From: Oikopleura dioica
Taxonomy: Eukaryota > Animalia > Chordata
Direction of reading: 5' to 3'
DNA: 64,000 nucleotides
NCBI GenBank assembly: GCA_907165135.1
Contig: OU015567.1
Span: forward strand, 9,300,001 to 9,364,000
Within the stretch, counting starts at the first letter, position 1, and every line of letters starts with the position of its first letter. The notes beneath the pieces were generated by a model, which did no database searches, was not told the origin of the DNA, and was given only the letters and a program-made list of their open reading frames with translations. Of the stretch, positions 1 to 10,833 are shown in pieces. The translations under genes were made by a program, and so were the position numbers.

Positions 1-480
1 TCTTTGACGATTGGGATGAAATTTGCAACACTGTTGTAGTCGACCGCCTTCATGCCAGAGAAAGAGTCGCCAGTGTTCCATCTGTCGCCAGAAGATCCGC
101 CGCCGAAGCTGCCATAACCTCCGCCGCCGCTTCCGCCACCGTATCCTCCTCCGCCGCTTCCGCCACCGTATCCTCCTCCGCCACCACCGTAGCTTCGACC
201 TCCCCCTCCGCCAGAGCCTCCATAACTTCGGCCGCCGCCATAGCCACCGCCTCCTCCCCCAGAGCCTCCGTAGCTGCGACTTCCGCCACCGCCACCACCG
301 TAGCTGAAATATTTTTTGAGATCTTTTTTTAAATCACATTTTAAAAATGAAATGCTGATTTTCATTTCAAACGCAAATAAATAAATTTAAAAGAATATGA
401 CGATCATTTTTTAAAATAAATTACCTTCGGCCTCCGCCGCCGCCACCATAACCACCTCCGTTTCTATCTCCGTATCCCAT
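1..480 (-). CDS. 5' end of a probable DEAD-box RNA helicase (DDX5/DDX17/DBP2- or DDX43-like) with a Gly/Tyr-rich N-terminus; gene continues beyond the left edge
   Basis: ATG at 480; exon 425-480 (MGYGDRNGGGYGGGGGGR); GT-AG intron 304-424; exon 2 reads SYGGGGGGSRSYGG...GDRWNTGDSFSGMKAVDYNSVANFIPIVK. The final segment resembles the motif preceding the Q-motif in DBP2/DDX43-type helicases. The helicase core is outside the window. Confidence 0.55.
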
Positions 481-1090
481 TGTTCTTCCTTATCTATTTC
501 TCGTTATCACTGCAATCGGAATTAAGGGAAATCAGTTTTCGAGTCGAAAACAATCGGATTCGAGCCGTGGACTTGCTCGTCGGACTTCGAGCAGCAGAAG
601 GCGTCGAGAATTGCTCCAGGGCAACCAATCCAAGAGCGTGAGCGCGTGTAGGCGCAGCGCACTTTTTTGCGCTCAAGGAACGATCCAAAATCGAAATCGC
701 GGAAAATCGCGAGAAATGGAGAAAATTGAAAAATGCACTCGATGAGTGTAAAATTGAAATAAATGTCCAACTCAATTGAGTTTCTTTAGAGAAGAAAGAA
801 TATTTAAAATACGATAAAATCAAGGACTATTGAAAAAACTTTGAAGAATCTCTTAACACATTTACCGTCAATATGTATCAGTTTTATTCAATATTATCCA
901 TGTGTGCATAAATCTGAGTTTATCATACTTTCGTGAAATTACGCCAAGTCTGAGGAGTCTTCAGAAAGTCCATGAACCCCCAAAAATAGATTTGAACCTA
1001 CCTACTGATCAAATATTTGCTCTACCTTCTCGTTGACCGCTCTGTCTCCTTTTATCTCCCACAAATTATCCCATCTTTTCTACGACTATC

Positions 1091-1447
1091 ATGAAACTTC
1101 TTCCCTTTTTCGCTGGTCTTTTGAACTTGTCCGAAGCAGCTACAGTTGCTCCTTGGCCAGCTCGACCTGATCGACCAGAGCTTCCAGTGTAAGTCGAAGA
1201 GTTAATTCATTATCAGAGAAATAAATCCTCGTTTAGTAATTGTCCGAGAAATGTGCAGGTTGAAATCTGCTACACGATGTGCCAGAGTCTCATTTGCTGG
1301 GAATATCCTTTGGTTCACTACCGCCGTCGACGAGCTATCGACGAGAAGATGATGCAGCTCACTGACGAGCAAGTTTCGTGCTTCAGCTCGAATAGTGTTC
1401 CCTACTGTAATGCCAAACATGGACTTTCTTTTGACCCCCTTGCTTAG
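1091..1447 (+). CDS. Small secreted cysteine-containing precursor (~102 aa) with a tetrabasic RRRR site
   Basis: ATG 1091; hydrophobic leader MKLLPFFAGLLNLSEA; 48-nt GT-AG intron 1189-1236 joins in frame to NCPRNVQVEICYTMCQSLICWEYPLVHYRRRRAIDEK...CFSSNSVPYCNAKHGLSFDPLA*; AATAAA at ~1455. Confidence 0.7.
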
Positions 1448-1617
1448 AATGTTGAATAAATATTCTGTTCCTCCCTTTTATAAAATGAATCAGCAGCAAT
1501 GTGACCTGGTCGACCACAGTTATAGCAAACAATATTAGACAAAATGAATCCATCTGAAATGAATCCTGAATCCATTTTCTATAAAATGTTTTATAGAAGG
1601 AAGCACAAGAATTGAAA

Positions 1618-2988
1618 ATGGGAATTCTTGAAAAAATCGCCGATATCGAGGCCGAAATGGCCCGAACGCAGAAAAACAAGGCCACCGAGTATCACTTGGG
1701 TCTGCTCAAGGGAAAACTTGCCAGGTTGCGAGCAGAATTGATGGAGAATCAGACGAAATCATCCGGTGGAAAGGGTGAAGGTTTCGATGTCATGAAGTCG
1801 GGTGACGCGAGAGTTGCCCTCATCGGTTTTCCATCTGGTAAAGTCATGTCTTTCTCTGCTTTATATCCATTTGAATTCAGTCGGAAAGTCGACTCTCTTG
1901 TCTCTCATCACCAAGACTACCTCTGAAGCCGGAGCGTATGAATTCACAACGTTGACTTGCATTCCCGGAGTCATCGAATACAAAGGCGCGAATATCCAAC
2001 TTCTCGATTTGCCCGGTATCATCGAAGGAGCTGCCCAAGGAAAAGGTATTCATAGACCTCCCGTTCCTCATCTCACAAGAAAATCCAAGGTCGTGGTAAA
2101 CAAGTAATTGCGGTGGCTAGAACAGCTGATTGCGTCGTGATGCAAGTTGAAGCGCACAAAGCTGAAATTCAAATTCCAAAATTGACGCTTGAATTGGAAG
2201 CTGTCGGAATCCGTTTGAATCAGGTTCAGTAAGATTTCTTTACGCCAGAAAGTCTTATTGTCGAATTTAGGGACCCCCAGACATTTACTTCAAGCAGAAA
2301 AAAGGCGGCGGTTTGGCATTCAACTCGACAGTAAAATTGACGAAATGCAATCAAAAAATGGTGCAAATGGTCCTCGCCGATTACAAAATCTTCAACGCGG
2401 AGGTGCTCTTCAGAGGCGACTATTCTATCGATCAGTTCATCGATGTCGTTGTTGGAAATAGAATTTATATGCCTTGCCTGTATGTCTTCAATAAAATTGA
2501 TCAGATTTCGTTGGAAGAGGTTGACAGAATCGCAAGAACGCCTAACTCAGGTATCAAATAATAATCATTACTTTAAGATTCACAGTTTTTTCAGTGGTAA
2601 TCAGTTGCAAGGACAAATTAAACCTGGACTACCTGAAAGATTGCATTTGGGATAAACTGGCGATGATTCGAGTGTTCACAAAGAAGCCAGGAGAGAAGCC
2701 GGATTTGAGGGACGAAGAAGGAATTATTCTACGAGGAGGGTCGACGGTGGAACACTGTTGCCATGCTGTGCATAGATCGCTCAAGGCAGATTTTAAATAT
2801 GCTCTTGTTTGGGGAACATCGGCCAAGCACTCGCCCCAACGAGTTGGCCTCAGGAAGAGTTAGCAAAAAACATAAGATTCGGTATTTTATTCTAGATTAA
2901 TTTATCGTCAAAAATAAAGCGACAGAAAAGAACTCGATACAGTCATATGTTACAGCACGACGATGTTATACAAATCGTGAAAAAATAA
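1618..2988 (+). CDS. DRG2: Developmentally regulated GTP-binding protein 2
   Basis: [63 protein letters not shown] domain and C-terminal [14 protein letters not shown]. Reconstructed across five short introns, the last being GA-AG (2854-2942). Confidence 0.95.
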
Positions 2989-3113
2989 CGAAACCACTAG
3001 TCTTGCAAATGTCAAATATTCTATGAAGGAGTCTTTCCATTTTCAGTTCAAGTTCCATCACTGGAAACTAGGTTCAATTTTACTCCCCGCTTTACCAAAA
3101 ATACTTAGACGAT

Positions 3114-3692
3114 ATGATTTCGGGACAGTACGTCACCGTCGACGGCCACGAAGGCTACTCGATCGTCCAAGCAGCAGATTCAACGCAAATTCCCGTAACG
3201 CTCATTCCAGAAACGACGCCTTCCGAAGCGCAGATTCAAGCCGATTCTGGTACGGTACAAATCACTATTTACCGGACATCCTAAGACTGTTTTGAAGGAA
3301 TCACTGATGAAAATCTAATAACGATTTCTGCGCGGGAAGTGAACCAACTCGCGAGTCATCTACCGCCCGAGCAGATAAAAATTCTAAAGCAACGGCGAAG
3401 GACGCTCAAGAATCGCGAATATGCAGGTAAAGTCAAGCTGTTCTTTTCATCTCATAAAAGAACTTTTCTTAAAGCTGCCTGCAGAAACAAACGGTCAAAT
3501 CAACGAGAAGACCTCAAAAACGGCTGCTCCTTGCTGAATAAAAAAATTTCGTTGATCGACGACCAAAATGAAAAGCTTAAAAATTTATTGCTCAAGGCGA
3601 CGCAGAACTTTCCAAATGTTCGTCTTCCACAATTTCTAGAGGAAATAGACAGTCAAATGGTCGTCCTTGATATCGTAAAAGAAGAAAGTTGA
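3114..3692 (+). CDS. Maf-family bZIP transcription factor
   Basis: Spliced frame [11 protein letters not shown]...[18 protein letters not shown]...[24 protein letters not shown] plus leucine zipper matches the Maf extended homology region and basic region. Introns ~3250-3297 and ~3428-3473. The start codon is tentative. Confidence 0.85.
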
Positions 3693-4034
3693 TTCAAAAG
3701 TGATAATTATGTTACATTATATGTTATATTTATGTATAAATATTCCATTTTTCTTTCTCATCCTATTTTTTACTGCCTTATTAAATCTACCAGTCCAATT
3801 TTCTTGAAAAGGTTGTTTTTATTGGGATTAGATTTTTATCGGCTTGGCGGGTTACCCCACGAACTAAAAACCGTTCCTATTTTTGTCAAAAATCTGTCTA
3901 TCCACCACACTTCCTCAAAACACCTGGCCCAAGTGCGCCATCGTCCAGCGATTTTACGCGAAAACAGCCAGCCAAACACTCATTCTACTGATTTTAATTT
4001 CAGAGATACCACGGAAGAAAAAAAGTCGTAGGAC

Positions 4035-5293
4035 ATGCAGTCCGAATACGGCAGTGACGAAGAAGGTTACGTGGGCCTTCAAGAGCGATTGAACCGGATG
4101 GCGAACAAGACTCCCGACCGGTTTAAGAGGACGCCAGCTCTTCAACCGGACAATGGCCAGGCTCAACGGAGAGGTGCCACACGGGCGCGAAGGTAAACTG
4201 ATCTGACGAAACTGAACACCACTAATCTTGCTTTTAGCCCGAAATTCGCCACAAACCGCCGTGCCCAACTGCGCGGTGCTCGAGAGGAGAACCGGCCTGC
4301 TCTCAAGGAAAAAACAAAACGACGAGCTCGGGTAGGCGCTCCTCGTTTGCAAACTGCAGCGCGGGGCGAATTTCACCCAAAACCAGAGCCCGAGCAGTTC
4401 GATCATGAATTCAAAGCTAAACCTGCGCCGAAATTCAAGCAGCCTTCGACCAGGGCTAGCGTCAGATCGAACAGCTCTATCGCTAGTGGTAGAAAAGTAA
4501 CACAGATTGAGCCTTTCTCATTCGATGGCCGGCCGAGGACAAGAGCGAGAAATAACGAGTCAAATGCATCTTTGCAGACGACAAAAGAAGAGGTCGCTCA
4601 TGCGCCAGGTATATCCTCTTTCTTTGTCCAAATCTAACCTATTACTTTCAGGAGAGCTTCCGGACTACCAGAAGCTCCGTAAAATAGGCACTGGAAAGGT
4701 GAAGGCAAAGGAAAAAACTCGTCCCGAAGCCTTCGAGTTCCGCACATCAAAACGTGCGGAATTCAAGCCGACGCCAGTTGAGCCAAAGGTTTTCACTGGG
4801 CGGCGGCTGACAAGCGACGAGTCAATGAGAAAAGCCTTGCTTGGTCATACAGTAAAGCAGATCGCAAAGAGGGAGTGCACGGTTCCAGAAAGTGTAAGTT
4901 TTTGCTCTTTTGTCCGTTTCTTATGATTTTCTTTAGCCTGGGTTAAACTCAAAGGCACGAGCGAGATCCAGAAAAGCTTTCGACGATGCTCTCGACGCTC
5001 GACGCAAGCTCGAAGAAGAAGCGAAGCTAGAAAAAGAAAGAATCGAAAAGGAAGAAGACGATCTACGCTTGATTGAAGAGAGAAAGGCACTTGTGCACAA
5101 ACCAACCGCGATCAGGGGCCAAACGCCACCGCCAGAGCTTGATCTTGGCGACAAAACTTTGACAATGGTAAATTTTTGGTTGAAATCAAGAAAGACTAAC
5201 ACATTTTAGCCTGAGTCGCCAAAGTTCCGGACATCCGCCCGTCTCCGGGCAAGAAAAAACAAGCAGAAAGACGACTCTGCCATGGAACTGTAA
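4035..5293 (+). CDS. TPX2: TPX2-like microtubule-associated protein
   Basis: Repeated FKAKP / TQIEPFSF / TRPEAFEFRT motifs and C-terminal TVPESPGLNSKARARSRKAFD...EERKALVHKPTAI...TMPESPKFRT match the TPX2 C-terminal domain. Four short GT-AG introns. Confidence 0.8.
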
Positions 5294-5522
5294 AAAGAAC
5301 ACATCACAAAAAAAAATCACCATCACGAAAAAAATAAACAAAAATTTCACATTCTGCCCATTTACACTTTTCACATTCCCTGTACCCTCCCTTCTCACTG
5401 AAACGCACACAAAACTTGAACACGGACGTGTTCTTGTCGCTTCCATTTACTACACACTTTTTTTTTCAAAATAAATTTCGCCACCTTGGTGAAAAAAAAA
5501 TATCTTGTGTTTTCTATACAGA

Positions 5523-8500
5523 ATGTCTCAAGGCTTTTACGAGTTGCTAGCAGCTTTGAGCTCGGAAGATAATGGAATTCGCAGTCAGGCAGAGGAGAAA
5601 TATGCGTCTATAAGTGGAGAGCAGAAATTGCAAGTGTTGCTGCCTGCCATAGCTGATTCCGGTCTAGGCGATACAGCTAGACTTCTTGGTAAATAAAAGT
5701 ACTTCGGCAGATCATGACTAAATTTTAAAGCTTCCGTTCTTCTCAGACGAACAATAACAGTTCAATGGGAAGATTGCTGGCAGCCCCTTAGCGCAAATGA
5801 AACCAGTAACGTCAAATCGAATCTCCTTCAAGTTCTTCATAATCTGGTCTTTGGAAATGTTCCAATGAATGTTATCGTTACACGTAAGCTCGTCGATGCT
5901 GTGGCTGAATTAGCAAGACGATTGATAGAAGACGCAGCGGAATTGAACTCCCCTGAACATGTTTGGCCAGAGATTCTCCAATTTCTATTTCAATGCGCGC
6001 AGTCCGAAAATGTCGAAGTCGCGCTTAATTTGATCCTCAACTGTCCGAGTATATTCGGACCTGATTTGGAGAAATATTCTGATGTTCTTAGAGAGCTTCT
6101 TCTGCAAAGTATGATGGATGATAAGCCGCTCGAGAGACGAGGGCTTGCTGTCAAAGTTGTCTGTAACATCGGTTAGTTAATCGAAATTCATGAATGTTAT
6201 CAATCGTTTGTTTAGTTCTTGAAGATCCCGATTCAAAGATCGTCAAATCCCTTCAATCAATCCTCCCACAGATAATTACAACTGTTGGCCAATACTCAGT
6301 GCAATGCGAAAACCCAGACGTCCTAACCGCGATTGTCGAACTTCAAGAAGCCCTTCCAAAGTTTATGAAGCCAGCAACAGTTGAGCTACTTCAAATTGCA
6401 ATTCAAATCGCCGAAAACAGAGATGTAAATGAAGACATCCGAACAATGGCAGTCGAAAGTTGCGTAACTCTTGGTGAGAGTCTTCCAGGACAAATCAGAA
6501 AGAAGGCTCCTCAAGCTATCGACAAGCTTTGCCTTGTCTGTCTTCAGATGATGATGGAGATTGACGAAGACCCAGAATGGGCGGATCAAACAGTTCCAGA
6601 GGATGACGACGAGGATTTGCCGAATGTGACTGTCGTTGGCGAGTCGAGTTTGGACAGAATTGCTCGATCTCTTGGAGGAAATACAGTTCTCAAATGTATC
6701 GCCCCGCAGATTGCTGAACTATTGAAACCTGAAAAAGTCTGGCAAGAAAAGCGTGCTGCTCTCTTAGGTATGCTTACAGGGTTCTCTCGTTTTTATCGAT
6801 TTATTTCAAGCTCTCTCTGCTATTGCTGAAGGAACAGCAAAATCCATCAAAAGCATTTTACCTGATCTTGTCCCTGCTATGCTCCCATACCTCCAAGATA
6901 AACACGCACGAGTCCGTCATGCTGCTTGTAATTGCGTCGGTCAATTGTCAACCGATTTGAGCCCAGAAATGCAAAAAATGTTCCACTCCGAAATTCTTCA
7001 AAAGTAACTTCTTCTATTTGTATATGTTTTTATCAATTAAAGTCTCGTGCCTGTCCTCGACGACCCCTGCACTCGTGTTCGAACTCATGCCGGCGCTGCC
7101 TTAGTCAACTTTATCGATGACGCTCCTAAATCCGTTCTTATGCCTTATTTGGAGCCTCTCTCTCAGAAATTAGCCACAGTTCTTGAGCAACACCTTCAAT
7201 CCACTGGTCCCTTCATGGTTCTTGAACAGCTTTGCACTACCGTTGCTGCTGTTGCTGATAAAGTCGAGAAAGATTTCGCGAGCCAGTATAATTTGTTTAT
7301 GCCTAATCTTATGAGCTTGTTGAACGCGACGGAGAATGCGAAATGCCCAGAAAATGAAGGTGCTTAGAAATCGAGGGAGACATTATTTTAATTCTTTCAG
7401 GTGATCCGGATCTTCGACTTCTTCGAGGAAAAACTATCGAGTGTGTCTCTCTGATTGGCCTTGCTGTTGGTAAAGAGCACTTCCTCAAGGATGGTCACGG
7501 AATCATGCAGCAGCTTGTTAATACTCAGCAAGACATCAACAAATGGGCTGACGACGATCCACAAATTTCTTACATGATCAGCGCGTGGGCTCGCCTCTGT
7601 CAGATTCTCGGGGATGAATTCCACCAATATTTGCCGCTTGTGATGGGTCCCTTGATGAAAGCGGCTCGATTCCAGCCTCAAGTGCAGCTAGTAGACCCAG
7701 ACGAAGAAGAGAAGGAAGATGATGATAACTGGGAATTTGTGAATATCGGTGGGGGACAGTCATTTGGCATCGCCACCGCTGGGCTCGAGGAAAAAGCAAC
7801 AGCTTGCTCGATGCTAGTCTGCTACGCCAAAGAACTTGGAGGAAAGTTTGGTAATTATGTCGAAGAAGTCGCGCAATTGATGATTCCAATGCTCAAGTTC
7901 TACTTTCACGACGCAGTTCGCTGCTCAGCTGCCCAAGCTATTTCCCCGTTGATCAATGTGACAGCAGAAAGTAAAGGATTGGAAGCTGCGAATGAATTGT
8001 GGAAACACGCATTTAAGGAAATCCTGGGTGCCTTAGAATCTGAGCCAGAAAGTGAGATTGTGGTAAGTATCTTTTCATTTAGAAAATCTTGATTGTTTTT
8101 AGGGCTTCCTGTTTGGGGCTATTTCAGATGTCTCTGAAATTTTGGGAAAGAACTTTTTGGGAAGCGAAGAAAACATCGCCAAAGTGTTTGAACTTGTGGG
8201 AACTCGATTGTCCGAGCATATCGAGCGATCGAATAATCGAATCAAGGCAAGAACAGACGAGGATTACGATGAAGAGGTCGAGGAGGACTTGCAGGTTGAA
8301 GATGAGGAGGATGGCTTCGTTTTGAACAAGAGTAATTTATTGTTGAATGTATCTACTATCATTATTGTTTAGTTTCGGATGTATTCCACAGTTCTTTCGG
8401 TCTAATGGGAGGTTCTTTATTGCCCTTCTTTGAAAAGTCCATGAAAGAGCAGATGATCGAACTAATCAAGCCACAGCGAGTTTGGTCTGACAGACAGTGG

Positions 8501-9349
8501 GGACTTTGCCTCTGGGATGACATCATCGAGTTCTGCGGGGAAGACTCCTGGCAGTATTCAGAGCTTTACATCCAGGCTCTTGCTCGAGGAATCAACGATC
8601 AGCAACCCGAAGTCCGTCAAGCAGCATCATATGGAGTCGGTATTCTTGGAAAGTGTGGACCACAGGCGGCTCAACAAATGCTTGCGCCATTTGTCGAACA
8701 GCTAGCGAAGGTCATCGAGGGTCCCCTAGGAAGAGGAGGAGACAATCCTGAACAGACTGAAGCTACGGAAAATGCGATCAGGTATTACTACAGCAGAAGC
8801 CTTGATATAATGATTTTTAGCGCTGTTGCTAAGATTCTTCAACACAGACCCAACTGCGCGTCGCTTGAAGATTGGCTAGAGCGTTTCCTTACATGGCTAC
8901 CAGTCAACGAGGATACAGAAGAAAGCGTAAACACTTACAGCTTCTTGGCCAACTTGCTTGAATATGGAAATGTAAATTTCTCTGCTCTGCATTTTTTCAA
9001 CTTGTTTAGGAATCAGCACATGCGCACACCAACAGAATTATCTTCCTGTTGGCTGAAGCACTGACGTCAGGAGGACTTGATGAAGATGAGGAAGCCCGTG
9101 AACGAGTGACGAGGATTTGTGCAAGTGTAAAAGATGTATGTGAAAAAATTTCAGTATCTAATCAGATCTCCGTATTTGGGTCTATCCCTTAGGGCGGGGC
9201 CGTCTAGAGCGCGTGATTTGGATCAAACTAGTCTGAAGAAGATTTTTGTAAACGAGTATTTATAGGGAAATCGAGAGCTATGGAACGCAGTCCTTGGCCA
9301 AGTCGGTCAAGTGAAGGTCAGTCGTCTTCCAGCGGAACTACAAAATTAA
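5523..9349 (+). CDS. IPO5: Importin-5 (karyopherin beta-3)
   Basis: HEAT-repeat protein: SSEDNGIRSQAEE, GESSLDRIARSLGG, HARVRHAACNCVGQLSTD, LRGKTIECVSLIGLAVGKEHF, WADDDPQISYMISAWARLC, GLEEKATACSMLVCYAKEL, WSDRQWGLCLWDDIIEFCG, EVRQAASYG. About ten GT-AG introns. Confidence 0.95.
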
Positions 9350-9659
9350 AGAGAAAGAGAATTTAAAAAGAGATAAAAAGAGCTCCTACTGTTGACAAAC
9401 CTCATTTTGCAAAACCACAACTAGTTTATTCAATTGTATATGTTTTTGTTGCTAGTATCATAATTCCACTCTAGTTCATATTGCCTATCTGTAACCTTTT
9501 CCCGACAAAATCAACTGTAAGTGGTCGTTTGTTAAAAGAATTCATGACTTTGTCGATTTGTTACGGACGAATACATAATTTAAAAGCCCCGTCGGAAGAG
9601 TCCGACTGGAATGCACGAAAACAAATCTAAAATCTGAAAATTTCGCGTTTTAGAAAAAT

Positions 9660-10717
9660 ATGGCGTGTCAATTCTTTCGAGGCAAATATTTGGCGGACCG
9701 AATGCTTAATAATATCAAGCAAGAAGTTTACAAACGCCAGGTTCGTCCAAAGCTCTTAGCCGTTTTGGTCGGCGATGATCCGGCTTCGCAAGTCTATCTT
9801 CGCCACAAGGAGAACGCGTGCAACTATGTGGGGATAGGTACTCCGTGTGATTCTCCTCCTTGCTAACATTACCGTTCTTCTTTTACATAATTCTTTCAGC
9901 TTCGGAGATAATTCGAGTACCCGAGACTCACTCTACTGCGATGGTATCTGAAATTCTCGTTGACGCAGGAGAGCGAGAAGATGTCGACGGCATCCTCCTT
10001 CAGCTTCCTGTTCCTGATCATTTGGACGAGCGATTTCTCTGCAACCTCATTCCCCCGACTAAAGACGTCGACGCGCACAATGCTGCGTCTATCGGAAATC
10101 TCGTGTACGGCCGCGGCATCTTCGTCCCTCCCACTGCTTCTGCAGTTGCTCACTGCATTCAAGAAAATGGCATCGACACCTTTGGAAAGCGCGTTCTCGT
10201 TGTAGGCAGATCGCGCCATTGTGGTCTGCCAATAACGCTCATCATGCAAGGCTTTAGGACACACCCCGAGCTTCCTGACGTTGGAGAAGCCACTGTCACC
10301 ATGGCACACAGGTTCAAAGGGCTTATCACTTTTTGTTAGTCTTTTTACGTAATTAGACATACGAGCGAGTCAGATCTTGTCAACATCGCGTCGAATTCTG
10401 ACATCATCATCTCCGCCGCCGGTGTTCCAGGACTCATCCGTCCACAAATGATCAAAGATGGCGCGATCTTGATCGACATCGGCTTCTCGAGAAAGATCTC
10501 CGGCAGCACAGTTGGCAAAGTGCGACTTATGGGCGACATTCATCCGGATTGCAGAGCGCGAGCGTCGTTTATCACGCCTGTTCCTGGTGGAATCGGTCCT
10601 CTGACGGTTGCCCATCTTGTCAGAAATACGCTGAATGCACATTTGCATGCGAATGGTCTTCCACGCGCTTCCCTTGCTTCTCTCTGCCGCCCAGAATTTG
10701 AAGATGAATTGGAATAA
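9660..10717 (+). CDS. MTHFD2: Methylenetetrahydrofolate dehydrogenase/cyclohydrolase (MTHFD2/FolD-like)
   Basis: LVGDDPASQVYLRHK, VDGILLQLP, KDVD, VVGRSRHCGLP, ATVTMAHR, ITPVPGGIGPLTVAHL. Introns ~9838-9900 and ~10313-10357. Confidence 0.9.
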
Positions 10718-10833
10718 GGGAACTAATAGATTCAAGTTCAATTCTTGCCATTCTTTATACTGCTCTTTACGTTCACACTGTTCCTCTTCAATAAACCGAA
10801 ATAGCTCAAGCTTAAAATTGCTCCTTTTGAAGA

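Noticed and set aside
23-307. Arg/His-rich + strand ORF and Ala/Glu-rich - strand ORF
   Set aside because: Shadow frames of the GGY-repeat coding exon on the minus strand.
1-480. GGY tandem repeats as a CRISPR-like or satellite array
   Set aside because: They are in-frame coding repeats in a eukaryotic gene, with no spacer structure.
9135-9267. Intronic C/D snoRNA in the last IPO5 intron (similar hints in POLD1 and KIF3A long introns)
   Set aside because: C-box matches are poor, the spacing to CTGA is too short, and there are no terminal stems.
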